DNA from: Candidatus Woesearchaeota archaeon
GTDB taxonomy: Archaea; Nanobdellota; Nanobdellia; Woesearchaeales; WJKL01
Assembly: GCA_036481345.1 (NCBI GenBank)
Contig: JAZGHU010000015.1
Span: 3,315-67,314 of the forward strand
DNA length: 64,000 bases
Direction of reading: 5' to 3'
Shown: in pieces, positions 10,541 to 20,997 of the stretch
How the letters are laid out: the number at the start of each line of letters is the position of its first letter
Position numbering within the stretch: the first letter of the stretch is position 1
Notes under the pieces: model-generated
Told to the model about the DNA's origin: nothing
The model's database searches: none
What the model saw: only the letters and a program-made list of their open reading frames with translations
Program-made: the position numbers and the translations under genes

Positions 10541-10998
10541 TGTTTTTTCTCTTGTATAAGTTTATGTTCTTCTAAGTATAGTTTAATGTGACGTTTGCTT
10601 CTGAAAAATCCTCCCTTGGATTTTCTGTAAAGTCCGTGATAATTAGATTTGCTTATAAATTCCTTGTCACGCAATTCTTTAAGGAATCTTCTTTGGATTC
10701 TTATTTTTCCAATCCACGCTTTCTTTTTTGGAAGTCTTGCTGTTTTTTTACCTTTTGTTGAGCCAGGACCTTTTCTCTTACCTTTGCTCTTCTGAATTGT
10801 TATTTTTCTAGCTCTTACTCTTGAAACCCCTTTGACTGGCTTACGTTTAATAGCTTCTCCTGAGATTAGAGATTTTATATCTAATTTTGTTATTGCTTCT
10901 TTAATATCCTCTAATTTATCTTGATCAAAGACAATCCTTTTTTCAGAACATTTCAATATGTCTGATGCAAGTCTTTTTTGGAGTTTAAGTTGAGTCAT
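10537..10998 (-). CDS. rpl19e: ribosomal protein L19e
   Basis: [15 protein letters not shown]... canonical L19e N-terminus. Confidence 0.8.
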   Translation of the reverse strand: MTQLKLQKRLASDILKCSEKRIVFDQDKLEDIKEAITKLDIKSLISGEAIKRKPVKGVSRVRARKITIQKSKGKRKGPGSTKGKKTARLPKKKAWIGKIRIQRRFLKELRDKEFISKSNYHGLYRKSKGGFFRSKRHIKLYLEEHKLIQEKKQ

Positions 10999-11000
10999 TT

Positions 11001-11582
11001 TTATTCCTTCTTAGTCAAGAGTTTATCCTTTTCCTTTTTTTCTTGTTCTTTCTTTTCGTCTTCAGATTTCTCTTCTTTAACTTCTTCTTTTGCTTTTTCT
11101 TCTTTTTTAGCTTCTTTTTTCTTCTTAGCTTCTTTTTTCTCAGTTTTCTTTGTCTTTGCTTCTTTTTTCTTCTTTCGCAATTCTTCGATTTTCTTTAAAT
11201 AATTATCAGGATCTTTTATGTTGAGGATTTTTATTCCAACTTCTTGTGCTTTTTTTATTATTTCAATTCTCTTTTTTCCACCAACTGCAGAAGCAATAAC
11301 AATTCCTTCTGATTCTTTGTTGATTTTTTCTAGTTGAGATAATGAGCTTATTCTTATTGGAGCTAGTCCAGATGGATCTAAGCTATAAACTGATTTCGGT
11401 GAGCCATAACCAGGCCTTACTGTTTTTCTGTAGCCTCTCTTGTTTAGCCTTATCTTTGACTGCCAACCTTTTGGACGCTGCCATCTAGCCCTTATTCTTA
11501 TCCTTTTATGGGAGTCTTGACTAACAAAAGTTGGCTTCTTTGCCTTGATTTTTTTTCTCAATGCTAATTTTTCTTTATTCAT
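11001..11582 (-). CDS. rpl32e: ribosomal protein L32e with long K/E-rich C-terminal tail
   Basis: L32e core plus about 70 aa KE low-complexity tail. Confidence 0.75.
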   Translation of the reverse strand: MNKEKLALRKKIKAKKPTFVSQDSHKRIRIRARWQRPKGWQSKIRLNKRGYRKTVRPGYGSPKSVYSLDPSGLAPIRISSLSQLEKINKESEGIVIASAVGGKKRIEIIKKAQEVGIKILNIKDPDNYLKKIEELRKKKKEAKTKKTEKKEAKKKKEAKKEEKAKEEVKEEKSEDEKKEQEKKEKDKLLTKKE

Positions 11583-12126
11583 TTTTCAAAATTTTTTTGG
11601 ATTTTGTGATTATATATATTCCATCTTGGAAAATTCTTCTATCTCTTTTTGTTATTCTGCAAACTTGTTCAATAGATGCTGCTGTTTGACCAGCTGCCTC
11701 TTTATCGACACTTTCTACCATAATATCCTGACCTTCTATTTTTACTTCAGCATCTTTTTGAATTTTACATTTTCTTGGAATTTTTTCCCCTAAAAAGTTT
11801 TGAACAACAAATTCACCATTTTCTATTGCAACAGTCATTGGAAAGTGTGTTGAACAAACTTTTAGTTTGTATGAATGTCCTTCAGTAACTCCTTGAATCA
11901 TGTTAACAAGGTGTGATTTGAAAGTAAAAATTATTCTTTTTTCTCTTTTTGTTGCTTTTTTTGAGGAGATTGTTAATTTGTTATCTTTAACGTCAACAGA
12001 TACTTTTGGATATGCTAATCTTCTAGAAATTTCTCCTTTTGGACCTTTTGCTGAGATTAGTCCTGAGTCTATCTTAACTTCTACTCCTTCTGGAATTTCT
12101 ATCTGTTCTGTCAAGTCTAGTTTCAT
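11575..12126 (-). CDS. rpl6: ribosomal protein L6 (uL6)
   Basis: two-domain uL6, position between S8 and L32e. Confidence 0.8.
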   Translation of the reverse strand: MKLDLTEQIEIPEGVEVKIDSGLISAKGPKGEISRRLAYPKVSVDVKDNKLTISSKKATKREKRIIFTFKSHLVNMIQGVTEGHSYKLKVCSTHFPMTVAIENGEFVVQNFLGEKIPRKCKIQKDAEVKIEGQDIMVESVDKEAAGQTAASIEQVCRITKRDRRIFQDGIYIITKSKKILKNE

Positions 12127-12129
12127 TTT

Positions 12130-12519
12130 TTAATAACAGTAAGCTAATAATACTCCTCCACTATTTTTTTCAGCAGCTTCTTGCTGAGTCATTATTCCCT
12201 GCGGTGTTGAAACAATTATAATACCAAAGTTTTTAGCAGGAAGATATCTTTTTTCGAATTTTTCAAATCCATCTTGTTTAGCTGAGTAGTGGGGTTTGAT
12301 CACTCCACAATTATTGATTTTACCAATCAATTCTATTTTTATTATGCCCCCTTTGCCATTATCAGTTTCTTTAAATTCTCCAATGAATTTATTTTCCTGC
12401 ATTATTCTAAATACTTCTTTGATAACTTTTGAGCTTGGAGCTATTGAACATGAGTTTTTTCCTAATTTTTCTGCATTTTTTATTTTTGATAATGCATTTG
12501 CGAGTGGATCATTTAACAT
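12130..12519 (-). CDS. rps8: ribosomal protein S8 (uS8)
   Basis: MLNDPLANALSKIKNAE... conserved uS8 N-terminus. Confidence 0.8.
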   Translation of the reverse strand: MLNDPLANALSKIKNAEKLGKNSCSIAPSSKVIKEVFRIMQENKFIGEFKETDNGKGGIIKIELIGKINNCGVIKPHYSAKQDGFEKFEKRYLPAKNFGIIIVSTPQGIMTQQEAAEKNSGGVLLAYCY

Positions 12520-12530
12520 ATTTTTTCACC

Positions 12531-12761
12531 TTAACTGTATTTTTTAAATCCTATTTTATTTGCTATCTCTCTGAAGCATTGTCTGCATAAATCTAGACCA
12601 TATTTGCTTATGTGGCCTCCTCGTCTCCCACATCTGCTGCATTTTTTTAGATTTCTGCCGCAAGTTCTTTTTTTAGGAGCATTATGTTTTCTAAATTTGA
12701 TTAATTTAGCTGGTTTTGCTTTCAATTGTTTGTAAACCTTTTTGTGGTCTGATGCAGTCAT
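12531..12761 (-). CDS. rps14: ribosomal protein S14 type Z (uS14, zinc-binding)
   Basis: CSRCGRRGG...CRQCFRE zinc ribbon. Confidence 0.75.
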   Translation of the reverse strand: MTASDHKKVYKQLKAKPAKLIKFRKHNAPKKRTCGRNLKKCSRCGRRGGHISKYGLDLCRQCFREIANKIGFKKYS

Positions 12762-13273
12762 TCTTCTTCCCCCACTTTAACATTAAATTGTTTAGATATG
12801 AAGTCTATCGCTTCTTCTTTTGTTATTTTGTGTTTTGTTGGAATCTTTTTTTGTTTCAATTTCCTTTTTTTAATTCTAAATCCTGCACGTTCTAATGTAA
12901 CACAAACTTCTAGACCCATTATTCCAATATCTGGATCATAGTTTGCTTCAGGAATATCTATATATTCAGGAATACCAAATGCAAGATTGCCATTAGAGTC
13001 AAATTGATTAGGAGATAATTGATTGTCTTTTGATTCTAATAATCTGATAAGCACTTCTTTTGCAGCTTTTTTTCTTAGAGTTAATTTACAGCCAATAGGT
13101 AGGCCAAGTCTTAAGCCCCATCCAGGAATTCTTTTTGTTGATACTGTTTTAATAGGACTAATCCCAGTTATCATCTTTAATAGTTTCATACCCTTCTCTA
13201 ATCTAGCCTGCTCTTTTCCTGTTCCTATATTTAGGGTGATTTTCTCTATCCTTAAATTCCTCATTGGATTCAT
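12758..13273 (-). CDS. rpl5: ribosomal protein L5 (uL5)
   Basis: sequence, operon position. Confidence 0.85.
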   Translation of the reverse strand: MNPMRNLRIEKITLNIGTGKEQARLEKGMKLLKMITGISPIKTVSTKRIPGWGLRLGLPIGCKLTLRKKAAKEVLIRLLESKDNQLSPNQFDSNGNLAFGIPEYIDIPEANYDPDIGIMGLEVCVTLERAGFRIKKRKLKQKKIPTKHKITKEEAIDFISKQFNVKVGEEE

Positions 13274-13277
13274 TTTT

Positions 13278-13976
13278 TTATTCTTGTAATTGTATCAATG
13301 ATTTTTCTTTTCCGATTACAAAAGCATATTTCTTTAGAGTTTCAACCTTGTCTTTGCCGCTTTTGTATGATATTTTGTTTTCTTTTATATCTTCTATTAC
13401 TCCGGTTCCACCTATGTGTTTTCCACCAACAAGGTAAATAGTAGCTCCTTTTTCAAATTTGATTATCTGTTTGATTTTTTGAGAAGGAAGTTCTATTATT
13501 GCTGTATCTCCTACTTTTGCTTCTTTTTTATCTGATAGGATATTTTTCCCATCGAATAAGTTTAATTGTAATTTACCTTTTTTGATAATAGATTTGCCAT
13601 TTATTTTGCTTGGCTTTATGTTAGCATCATTTTTTATTGGAAATGCTATGAGGTATCCTTTTTTATTAAGTAGAATTCTGAAGTTTTCTTTTGTTTTTGG
13701 AATTGAGATAACATCCATCAATCCAACAAGGAATCTATGATTCGTTCTTCTGATCCCATCAACAAGGATTTCTTGATTTTGAAGGATATTTTTTACTTCT
13801 TTTGTAGTTCTTGCATATTCTAGAACATCTCTTAGTAATACATTTAGAGGCATACCTAGTTTTAAAGAATGCGGGCCTGGATGTGGGCGAGTAACCCACT
13901 TAATTCCTTTTCTTTTTATTTTCCAAGATTTAGGCATTGCCAGTCTTGATAAGTGTCTTTGTATTTTTTCTCCCAT
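13278..13976 (-). CDS. rps4e: ribosomal protein S4e
   Basis: HLSRLAMPKSW...RPHPGPHS S4e signature. Confidence 0.85.
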   Translation of the reverse strand: MGEKIQRHLSRLAMPKSWKIKRKGIKWVTRPHPGPHSLKLGMPLNVLLRDVLEYARTTKEVKNILQNQEILVDGIRRTNHRFLVGLMDVISIPKTKENFRILLNKKGYLIAFPIKNDANIKPSKINGKSIIKKGKLQLNLFDGKNILSDKKEAKVGDTAIIELPSQKIKQIIKFEKGATIYLVGGKHIGGTGVIEDIKENKISYKSGKDKVETLKKYAFVIGKEKSLIQLQE

Positions 13977-13978
13977 TG

Positions 13979-14356
13979 TTATTTCCTCTCTAAACTCTTA
14001 GCTCGTTTTTTATCACTAAGATTTAATTCAATAATCATTAAGTTAGATGGATTGAACGGATAGAATGTCTTTGTTCCATCCTTTTTTGTCGATTCAATTC
14101 CTTGAATATAGACTTTTGTTGATTTCAAGTTGACTCTGTCAATTTTTCCTGTTTTTCCCTTGAATTGTCCTCTTAAAATCTTAACAGTATCGCCTTTTCT
14201 AACTGTGATGTTTCTTTTTTTGTGTTTTTCTTTAAGTTCTTTTGACAGATGAACTGACATGAACTTATTTCTAATATGTAATGGAGCATTATATCTATAT
14301 TTACGCTGCTTTCTAGGCGCTTTGCTTTTAATCCATTCTTTTGAAAATCTTTTCAT
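13979..14356 (-). CDS. rpl24: ribosomal protein L24 (uL24)
   Basis: KOW domain, operon position. Confidence 0.8.
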   Translation of the reverse strand: MKRFSKEWIKSKAPRKQRKYRYNAPLHIRNKFMSVHLSKELKEKHKKRNITVRKGDTVKILRGQFKGKTGKIDRVNLKSTKVYIQGIESTKKDGTKTFYPFNPSNLMIIELNLSDKKRAKSLERK

Positions 14357-14360
14357 TTTT

Positions 14361-14762
14361 TCATACCACGATATTTGCTAATTTTGAAATTGCAGGCCAT
14401 CTATCACAAGCTTCTTTTGCAATAGCACCTTTGAAAATTGTCCCTTTTGGATTTCCTTTATCATCTTTTAATACAACTGCTGCATTATCTTCAAATTTGA
14501 TTCTTGTTCCATCTGGACGCCTGTATTCTTTTCTTTGTCTTACAATAACAGCATAAACAACTGTTTTTCTAATGTCTGGCTTGCCTGATTTTACAGAAGT
14601 GACTACTAAATCTCCAACTCCTGCTGCAGGCATTCTGCCTTTTACTCCTTTGTAGCATTTTACACCAAATATTTTTAATATTTTGGCTCCGGAATTATCA
14701 CAAGTTTTGATTAAAGTTCCTGTTGGCAATCCTCTTGTAACTCTTGCTTTTACTGCTTTCAT
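14361..14762 (-). CDS. rpl14: ribosomal protein L14 (uL14)
   Basis: highly conserved uL14 sequence. Confidence 0.9.
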   Translation of the reverse strand: MKAVKARVTRGLPTGTLIKTCDNSGAKILKIFGVKCYKGVKGRMPAAGVGDLVVTSVKSGKPDIRKTVVYAVIVRQRKEYRRPDGTRIKFEDNAAVVLKDDKGNPKGTIFKGAIAKEACDRWPAISKLANIVV

Positions 14763-15298
14763 TCCTCTTTAGCCTCCTTTTCTTCAACTTTTTCTTTAGG
14801 CTCTTCCTTCTCTTCTGATTTTTCTTCTTTTTTTGACTCTTCAACCTTAGGAGTTTCTTCAACTTTTGGCTCTTCTTCTTTAACTGTTGATTCTCCTTTT
14901 GGTTCTGCTTTTTGTGCTCCTTCTACTGTTGCTTCTTCTCTTGCAGATAATTCTTCTATGAATCCTTTTTTCTTACCTAAATTTTCAACAATAACAAATG
15001 TTTTTGTTTTTGATAAAGGACGAGTTTCAGCAATTCTTACTACATCTGCAACATCAGCATCGATACATGAAGGATTATGAGCGTGAATTTTTGTTCTTCT
15101 TGTTTCAGTTCTTTCATATTTTGGAACAGCAATTGAATAAGACCACTCTATTGTTGCTGTTTTATGGGCATCTTTAGCTAAAACTACTCCTGTGAATATC
15201 TTTCCTCTTGGTTTTACATTTCCATGGAAAGGACATTTTTTGTCTTCACATGCTTTCTTTGGTGCTTTTACATCAATTCCTATGTTTTTCGCTTTCAT
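14759..15298 (-). CDS. rps17: ribosomal protein S17 (uS17) with K/E-rich C-terminal tail
   Basis: CPFHG... OB-fold core, plus about 65 aa KE tail. Confidence 0.8.
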   Translation of the reverse strand: MKAKNIGIDVKAPKKACEDKKCPFHGNVKPRGKIFTGVVLAKDAHKTATIEWSYSIAVPKYERTETRRTKIHAHNPSCIDADVADVVRIAETRPLSKTKTFVIVENLGKKKGFIEELSAREEATVEGAQKAEPKGESTVKEEEPKVEETPKVEESKKEEKSEEKEEPKEKVEEKEAKEE

Positions 15299-15349
15299 TT
15301 TGCTTGACTTTCCTCGTTATTCGTTTTTTCCTCGTAAATTCGGCATCAC

Positions 15350-15598
15350 TTATCGTGATTTTATCCTGTCTTTTGGTTTTCCTTGCAATGTTTTTCCTTT
15401 GATTATTTGATTGTTAATTTTGAGTGTGATATTGTTTTTGAATAATCTTTTTTTGTTTTTTTTATGTTGAATTATGATTGTGTTTTTTGTTTCATCAATG
15501 ATATTTCCTTTGATTCCAATGTTGCCCTTATTTTTAGAGTCAACAACTTCTGTTGTCAAGCCTATTATCTCTCTTTTGATGATGTCTTCTGACTTCAT
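15350..15598 (-). CDS. rnp1: RNase P protein component Rpp29 (Rnp1)
   Basis: IGL...V.S.N..N.GI.G.IIDETKNT..I motif typical of archaeal Rpp29; canonical position between SUI1 and S17. Confidence 0.65.
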   Translation of the reverse strand: MKSEDIIKREIIGLTTEVVDSKNKGNIGIKGNIIDETKNTIIIQHKKNKKRLFKNNITLKINNQIIKGKTLQGKPKDRIKSR

Positions 15599-15623
15599 TC
15601 TATTTCCGTTGTTTTAATCGAGT

Positions 15624-15932
15624 TTATCTAACTTCGATTGTCTCTGGAGCAAAACCAAATTTGATTAAACTTTCTTTGATGTTTTGTTTGTGGTTTCCTT
15701 GCAACTCAATCTTACCTTCTTTTGCTGTTCCTCCGCAAGCAAACTGGCTTTTCAGCTTCTTTGCTAGGTCTCTGAGGTTGATTTCTTTTTCGTCAATGCC
15801 TCTGATAACTGTATTAATTTTTCCGAATGCTTTTTTTACTGTTGTTACAGTTATCTTTTGGCTTTCTTTTGCAATAGTTTCACAAACACAAAGTTCTTTT
15901 GGTAGCCCACAGTCTGGACAAACTTCAGCCAT
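15624..15932 (-). CDS. sui1: translation initiation factor SUI1/eIF1 homologue
   Basis: MAEVCPDCGLP...ITV..++.FGK..T.I.G SUI1 fold. The ORF track extends the N-terminus to 15983, but the likely start is the MAEV methionine at 15932. Confidence 0.7.
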   Translation of the reverse strand: MAEVCPDCGLPKELCVCETIAKESQKITVTTVKKAFGKINTVIRGIDEKEINLRDLAKKLKSQFACGGTAKEGKIELQGNHKQNIKESLIKFGFAPETIEVR

Positions 15933-16224
15933 TATTTTTTTCCTCGTTTTTAGGAGCTTCTTTAGTTTCCTTAGGCTTAGCATCTTCTTTTACTTCTGCC
16001 TTAGGTACTTCGGAAGTTTCCTTTTGTTTACTTGAAACTCTTTGAGTTCCAACTATAGTCAATATCTTGGCTATAGTCTTTTTAGTTTCTCTAACTTGCC
16101 CGGGACTTTTTGGTGTAGTCCCTGTAGAGATTTGAGCATTATGTTTAATCATTTCTTTTCTTAATTCTTCTAACTTTGAATTAAGATCTGACTTGGACAG
16201 TGAACGTAAATCTTTTGCCTTCAT
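15925..16224 (-). CDS. rpl29: ribosomal protein L29 (uL29) with K/E-rich tail
   Basis: LR..S..DL...L.ELR.E coiled-coil N-terminus typical of uL29. Confidence 0.7.
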   Translation of the reverse strand: MKAKDLRSLSKSDLNSKLEELRKEMIKHNAQISTGTTPKSPGQVRETKKTIAKILTIVGTQRVSSKQKETSEVPKAEVKEDAKPKETKEAPKNEEKNNG

Positions 16225-17000
16225 TCTTTATTTTCCTCTGATTTTTCTTCAGATTTCTTTTCTTTAACGTCTTCTTTCTTTTTCTTTTCAACTTTTTTAG
16301 AAGACTTTTCTTCCTTTGCTTTTTTAGTATCTTCTTTACTTTCATCTGATGTTTCAGATTCTTCTTTTTTATCTTCTTCTACTTCTTCAACAATTTCTTG
16401 TTTTTCTTCTATTAATTCAATATGATCTGGAAGCTTTGTTTCTGGAGGCATTATTCTAACTTGGATTCCAACAACACCTGATTTTAGTTTTGCAGCTGCA
16501 TAAGCTGTATCAACCCCAGTTATAGCAATATCTCCACATTTCTTTAGATAGCCTTGATAGAATCTCCAAGACTTTGCTCTTGAACTTGGAACTTTTCCTG
16601 AAATTATTATCTCAATACCTAAAGCACCAGCACCCATAGCATCTGCCATTACTTTATGACCTATGCCTTTGAATCTGCTTGAACCGAATCTTTCTAAAGA
16701 TGAAGCGATTCTTTCTGCAACAATATTTGCATCAAGATTTATTTTTTCAACTTCAGCAATTTCGATTTGAGGATTTTCTAATTTGAATTTCTTTTTTAAA
16801 GCTAATGTTAGATTTTTGATATTTTTACCTTCTCTTCCAACAACAAGTCCTGGACGTGAAGCATGAATTATTATTTTTTCTCCTAATGGAGTACGCTGCA
16901 TTCTTGTCTTTGAGTGGCCTACATTACTTAAAGTGGAAACTACAAATTCTTGAATTTGGAATTCTTTCTTCTTTTGTTTTACAAAATCTCTTTCAATCAT
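16221..17000 (-). CDS. rps3: ribosomal protein S3 (uS3) with KE-rich C-terminal tail
   Basis: KH domain plus S3 C-domain, then about 60 aa E/K tail. Confidence 0.85.
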   Translation of the reverse strand: MIERDFVKQKKKEFQIQEFVVSTLSNVGHSKTRMQRTPLGEKIIIHASRPGLVVGREGKNIKNLTLALKKKFKLENPQIEIAEVEKINLDANIVAERIASSLERFGSSRFKGIGHKVMADAMGAGALGIEIIISGKVPSSRAKSWRFYQGYLKKCGDIAITGVDTAYAAAKLKSGVVGIQVRIMPPETKLPDHIELIEEKQEIVEEVEEDKKEESETSDESKEDTKKAKEEKSSKKVEKKKKEDVKEKKSEEKSEENKE

Positions 17001-17638
17001 TTTTTCTTTTCCTCGGATTTTTCTTCTGATTTTGATTCTTTTTGAATATTATCTTTATTTTCTTCTTTTGCTTCAGTAGCTTTTGGTTCTGGTTGTTTTT
17101 CCTCAACTTTAGGTTGCTCTTTTTTTTCTTCAACTTTTGGGGCCTCTTGTTTTACTTCTTTTACTTTTGCATCTTTCTTCTCTTCTTGTTTCTTTTCAGC
17201 CTTTTCTTGAACAACAACTTCAATATGTGTTCTTTTCATATTTCTTCCACGTTGTCTCCCATATCTTGGTTGATTTCTTGCTTTGTGGGCACAGATATGA
17301 GTTATTACAAGAATGCCTGTGTTTAGCCCCTTGAATTGAGCATTTGCTTCTACTGATTCTAAAATTGAAAGTATTCCTTTTGATGATTTTATTGGATATC
17401 TTCCTACTGAAAGTTTTCCTTTTTTATGGCCCATACCCCTGTCATATCTTTTGTATGGAACTGGTATTTTTTCTGCAATTACATCACTAAGGATTTGTTT
17501 TGCTTTTTGCAGATTCTTATTTCTAAGCAAATTACAGATTTCTACTGATTGTTTTGTAGATATTGCTAGAGTTCTACCTAACGCTTTTGCAGAGTTTTCT
17601 GCATCCAAATCCTTTGTTGCATATTTGTGTTGACTCAT
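16997..17638 (-). CDS. rpl22: ribosomal protein L22 (uL22) with KE-rich C-terminal tail
   Basis: uL22 core plus about 65 aa KE tail. Confidence 0.8.
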   Translation of the reverse strand: MSQHKYATKDLDAENSAKALGRTLAISTKQSVEICNLLRNKNLQKAKQILSDVIAEKIPVPYKRYDRGMGHKKGKLSVGRYPIKSSKGILSILESVEANAQFKGLNTGILVITHICAHKARNQPRYGRQRGRNMKRTHIEVVVQEKAEKKQEEKKDAKVKEVKQEAPKVEEKKEQPKVEEKQPEPKATEAKEENKDNIQKESKSEEKSEEKKK

Positions 17639-17646
17639 TGTCTATT

Positions 17647-18030
17647 TTATTTAACTGACATTGCTGCAGATGACCTTGTAGCACCAATTCCTGGGGCAGA
17701 GTGTGAAACTCCTTTTCTTGTTCCTGCAAATTCTCCAAGATAATGTCCAATCATCTCAGGCAAAATAATTATTTTTATGAATGCCTTGCCATTATAGACA
17801 CTTATTGTTTTGTCCATCATTTCAGGCAAGATTATCATGTTTCTGCAATGTGTTTCTATATTGCTTTCTCCTTTCTTTATTTTTTTAAGTAGTATTTGTT
17901 GTGGATCTGTCAAGCCACGTTTAAGAGATCTTCTTACTCTTGCTGGAGCTATTTCTGCGAATTCATTTAAACTTAAATTCTTTAATTCATCCAATGTTTT
18001 TCCATAATATGTGAATTCTTTTTTAGCCAT
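17647..18030 (-). CDS. rps19: ribosomal protein S19 (uS19)
   Basis: conserved uS19 sequence. Confidence 0.85.
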   Translation of the reverse strand: MAKKEFTYYGKTLDELKNLSLNEFAEIAPARVRRSLKRGLTDPQQILLKKIKKGESNIETHCRNMIILPEMMDKTISVYNGKAFIKIIILPEMIGHYLGEFAGTRKGVSHSAPGIGATRSSAAMSVK

Positions 18031-18035
18031 TGTTT

Positions 18036-18749
18036 TTACCTCTTGTGACCAGATCTTCTAGGAGCAATATTTCCAACTTTTCTTCCAGGTGGAGAATGTC
18101 TAGATGCTTGAGTAGGCCTTCCTTTAATATGAGAGCTCTTACTTCCAAATGGATGTGCAACAGCATTCATAGATATTCCCAATACGTGAGGATATATCTT
18201 GTTCTTTGCTCTCATAGCATAAAATTTATTTCCTGCTTTTAGGAATGGTTTTTCTAGTCTTCCAGAGCCTGCAATAATTCCAACATTTGCTCTGCAATTA
18301 GGGTTGAATATTTTTTTCTTGCTTGATGGAAGTACAATAGTAATGCCTGCATCTGTTTTTCCAGCTATTTTTGCAGTGGTTCCAGATGATTTAACGAATT
18401 TTCCACCATCACCAGGGTTTATTTCTATATTATAAATAGAAGTTCCTGGGGGAATATTTTTTAATGGAAGTATGTTTCCTGTTTTTGCTTTAGCTTCTGG
18501 ACCGGACTGTATTGAATCTCCAACTCTTACTCCCTCTGGAGCAATCATCAATGTTTTTTCTCCGTTTTCATATTGAATCTTAGCTAAAGGAGCTGAATGT
18601 CCTTGACATGTTATTAAGTCTAGGATCTTACCTTTTAGAGTTTTATCTGTTAATTTGTTGTGAGTAGTTGCGCCTTTATATCTAAAGCTTGGAGCTCTAA
18701 ATGTAGCTGTTCCTCTTCCACGTCTTTGTTGAATTAATCTTTTTCCCAT
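18036..18749 (-). CDS. rpl2: ribosomal protein L2 (uL2)
   Basis: highly conserved uL2. Confidence 0.9.
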   Translation of the reverse strand: MGKRLIQQRRGRGTATFRAPSFRYKGATTHNKLTDKTLKGKILDLITCQGHSAPLAKIQYENGEKTLMIAPEGVRVGDSIQSGPEAKAKTGNILPLKNIPPGTSIYNIEINPGDGGKFVKSSGTTAKIAGKTDAGITIVLPSSKKKIFNPNCRANVGIIAGSGRLEKPFLKAGNKFYAMRAKNKIYPHVLGISMNAVAHPFGSKSSHIKGRPTQASRHSPPGRKVGNIAPRRSGHKR

Positions 18750-18750
18750 G

Positions 18751-19011
18751 TTATATCAATCCTAATTGAGTTGCAATATCTATAGCAGGAGTGTCCATTG
18801 AAAATTGAACATATGCTCTTTTTTCTCCATCTTGTGTTACAAAAGTGTTGACTTTTCTTACTTTTGCTTTGAATAATTTTTCAACAGCTGTTTTTATATC
18901 TTTTTTTGTTGCTTTTTTATTTACAACAAAGATTAGCTTGTTCTCTGATTCCATTAATCTGATTGATTTTTCAGTGGATAATGGGTTTTTGACTATTGAG
19001 TATGGATTCAT
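18751..19011 (-). CDS. rpl23: ribosomal protein L23 (uL23)
   Basis: sequence, position between L4 and L2. Confidence 0.8.
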   Translation of the reverse strand: MNPYSIVKNPLSTEKSIRLMESENKLIFVVNKKATKKDIKTAVEKLFKAKVRKVNTFVTQDGEKRAYVQFSMDTPAIDIATQLGLI

Positions 19012-19018
19012 TTTCTTT

Positions 19019-19825
19019 TTACATGAATAATTTATCTTTTTCTAGTTTTTCTATTGCAGCTTCTGTGAACAATGTTAAACGTCCTGGAACTGTTCCTGGA
19101 GCTAAAAGTTCTGCATTTATGCTGCTAATCATTGTAATATCTAATCCTGGAATATTTCTTGCAGCTTTGTTTAGATTGCAATCTTTTTCAACTACAATCA
19201 ATATCCCTTTCTTTTTTCTGTATTTTCTTCCTCTTCCCTTGCCTTTTCCTGCTCTTATTATCTTTTTTGAGCTTCTTGTTAACTCATCTTTTAAGCCAAG
19301 AGCAACTAAAGCTGTCTTGATTTCTTTTGTTTTTGATAATGATTCAAATGAATTGTCAATTATGAATGGATAAGCTTCTGGCAAAATATGGCCATGCTCT
19401 TTTACTATTTTCTTATCAGTTGTAGCTGCTAGAGCTGATCTTATTGCTTTTCTATTTTCTTTTTTGTTTATTTTCTTGTCCCAATTCTTGTCTGCTTTTG
19501 GAGGGTGAGCTCTTCTACCGCCTACTGTTTGAGGTGCGAATGCTCCAACATAGTTCAATCTTGTCCCTCTTCTTGACATAACTTTTCTAGGAGTTCTAGA
19601 TTGTCCTATCCCATATGTTCCTCTGTATTTTCTTCTTCTTTTTGATAGATTAGCTGAAGCTCTTATTCCTGCTTCTTTTGACGCGCCGTATTTTTGACGC
19701 TTGTTAGATTGTAATGTTAAAACAGCTCTTGCGATTAAATCAGGCCTTACTTTTTCCTTAAATTGAGCTGGCAAGGATTTCTTTCCTTTTTCTTCTGCTT
19801 TTGGTGATAGTATTTTTAATTCCAT
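19019..19825 (-). CDS. rpl4: ribosomal protein L4 (uL4)
   Basis: sequence, operon position. Confidence 0.8.
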   Translation of the reverse strand: MELKILSPKAEEKGKKSLPAQFKEKVRPDLIARAVLTLQSNKRQKYGASKEAGIRASANLSKRRRKYRGTYGIGQSRTPRKVMSRRGTRLNYVGAFAPQTVGGRRAHPPKADKNWDKKINKKENRKAIRSALAATTDKKIVKEHGHILPEAYPFIIDNSFESLSKTKEIKTALVALGLKDELTRSSKKIIRAGKGKGRGRKYRKKKGILIVVEKDCNLNKAARNIPGLDITMISSINAELLAPGTVPGRLTLFTEAAIEKLEKDKLFM

Positions 19826-19826
19826 T

Positions 19827-20792
19827 TTAACTTATTATTTCAGATACTACAGGAGCTTCTGTAGGATGTTTTTTATCTGGCCTTATTGGTGCTGTTAATG
19901 TAATCAGTCTTTTTTTTGCTCCTCCAATAGAACCTTTAAGTAGAATATATTGATTTTTTATGATTCCATATCTTCTAAATCCTGCTTTTGAATTTGCTTC
20001 TTCTGGTTTGTCGCTTATTTTTAGAAGCCATTTGTTTAGTTCTGTTCTTTGTTGATAACCTAATTGGCCTGCTTTAGCAACTCTCCATTGTCTTGAACCA
20101 GTCCATGCTCCCAAGCTTCCGGGATTTCTTATGCTTTTTTCAGATTTATGAGATCTTTTTGCAATACCAAATCTTTTCATTGGGCCAGCTAGTCCTTTTC
20201 CTTTTGTTATTGATTTGATATCAACATGTTGACCTTCTGTGAATATATCTTGAATGTTAATTTCTTTTCCTAAATTTTCTTTTCCCCAGTTGTATTTTTC
20301 CTCTATTTTTCCACCAAGGCCTAATTCAAATAATTCTGGTTTTTTCTTGCCAATAGTTGTTAGTTTTGGCTGTGTATAAACTAAAATTCTAATATCATCA
20401 TATTCTTCAGGCTTGAAATCTTCTATTTTCTTTTTGATGTTCTTTGCTGGAATTATTTTTCTAGCTAATTCCTTATCAAGTTTTTGTGCAAGAACAGCAG
20501 AAGAAGCTCGTAAGCCATATGGTGTTTTTTTGTAAAAAATGATAGAAGCAGTTTTTAGTGGCGGACATTCAATGATCGTGACTGGCATTGAGATGTCTTG
20601 ACCTTTTGTCATTGCGTTAGCTCTGTTGTCTGTAAATATTACATGAGCCATACCCACTTTATAGCCTGCAAACCCTAGTGGCTTAACATCTTTTGCTTCT
20701 GGCCAAGAGCTTACTCTAGCATAAGCTCTTTTGGCTCTTTTTCTTGGCCAAAATTGCAATGATCCGCTTCTTGGTTTATGTCCTTTTGCCAT
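19827..20792 (-). CDS. rpl3: ribosomal protein L3 (uL3), first gene of the operon
   Basis: conserved uL3; preceded by a 235-bp leader. Confidence 0.85.
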   Translation of the reverse strand: MAKGHKPRSGSLQFWPRKRAKRAYARVSSWPEAKDVKPLGFAGYKVGMAHVIFTDNRANAMTKGQDISMPVTIIECPPLKTASIIFYKKTPYGLRASSAVLAQKLDKELARKIIPAKNIKKKIEDFKPEEYDDIRILVYTQPKLTTIGKKKPELFELGLGGKIEEKYNWGKENLGKEINIQDIFTEGQHVDIKSITKGKGLAGPMKRFGIAKRSHKSEKSIRNPGSLGAWTGSRQWRVAKAGQLGYQQRTELNKWLLKISDKPEEANSKAGFRRYGIIKNQYILLKGSIGGAKKRLITLTAPIRPDKKHPTEAPVVSEIIS

Positions 20793-20997
20793 GCTTAATC
20801 TTTCTCGTTATTTTTTCAGAGACTAATCTCTCTATCTTTCTCTTTTATTGAAAGTAACCTTTTAGTAAGACCTTTTTTAGAAAATAGTTTCATCAACCAT
20901 TTGTACTGAAAAAGTCTTTTTTCAGGCTATTGGTGTACTATATGTGTTTAAACACCCTTTAAACACTGTATCGAGGATATGGAGAAACGATGGGGGC

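Noticed and set aside
8431-17633. Numerous 60-125 aa ORFs antisense to or out of frame with ribosomal protein genes (e.g. 8431..8688, 8955..9308, 9875..10186, 10978..11202, 15661..16035, 17042..17326)
   Set aside because: They are low-complexity F/S/L-rich translations of the opposite strand of KE-rich tail regions and of AT-rich coding sequence. They show no independent signal.
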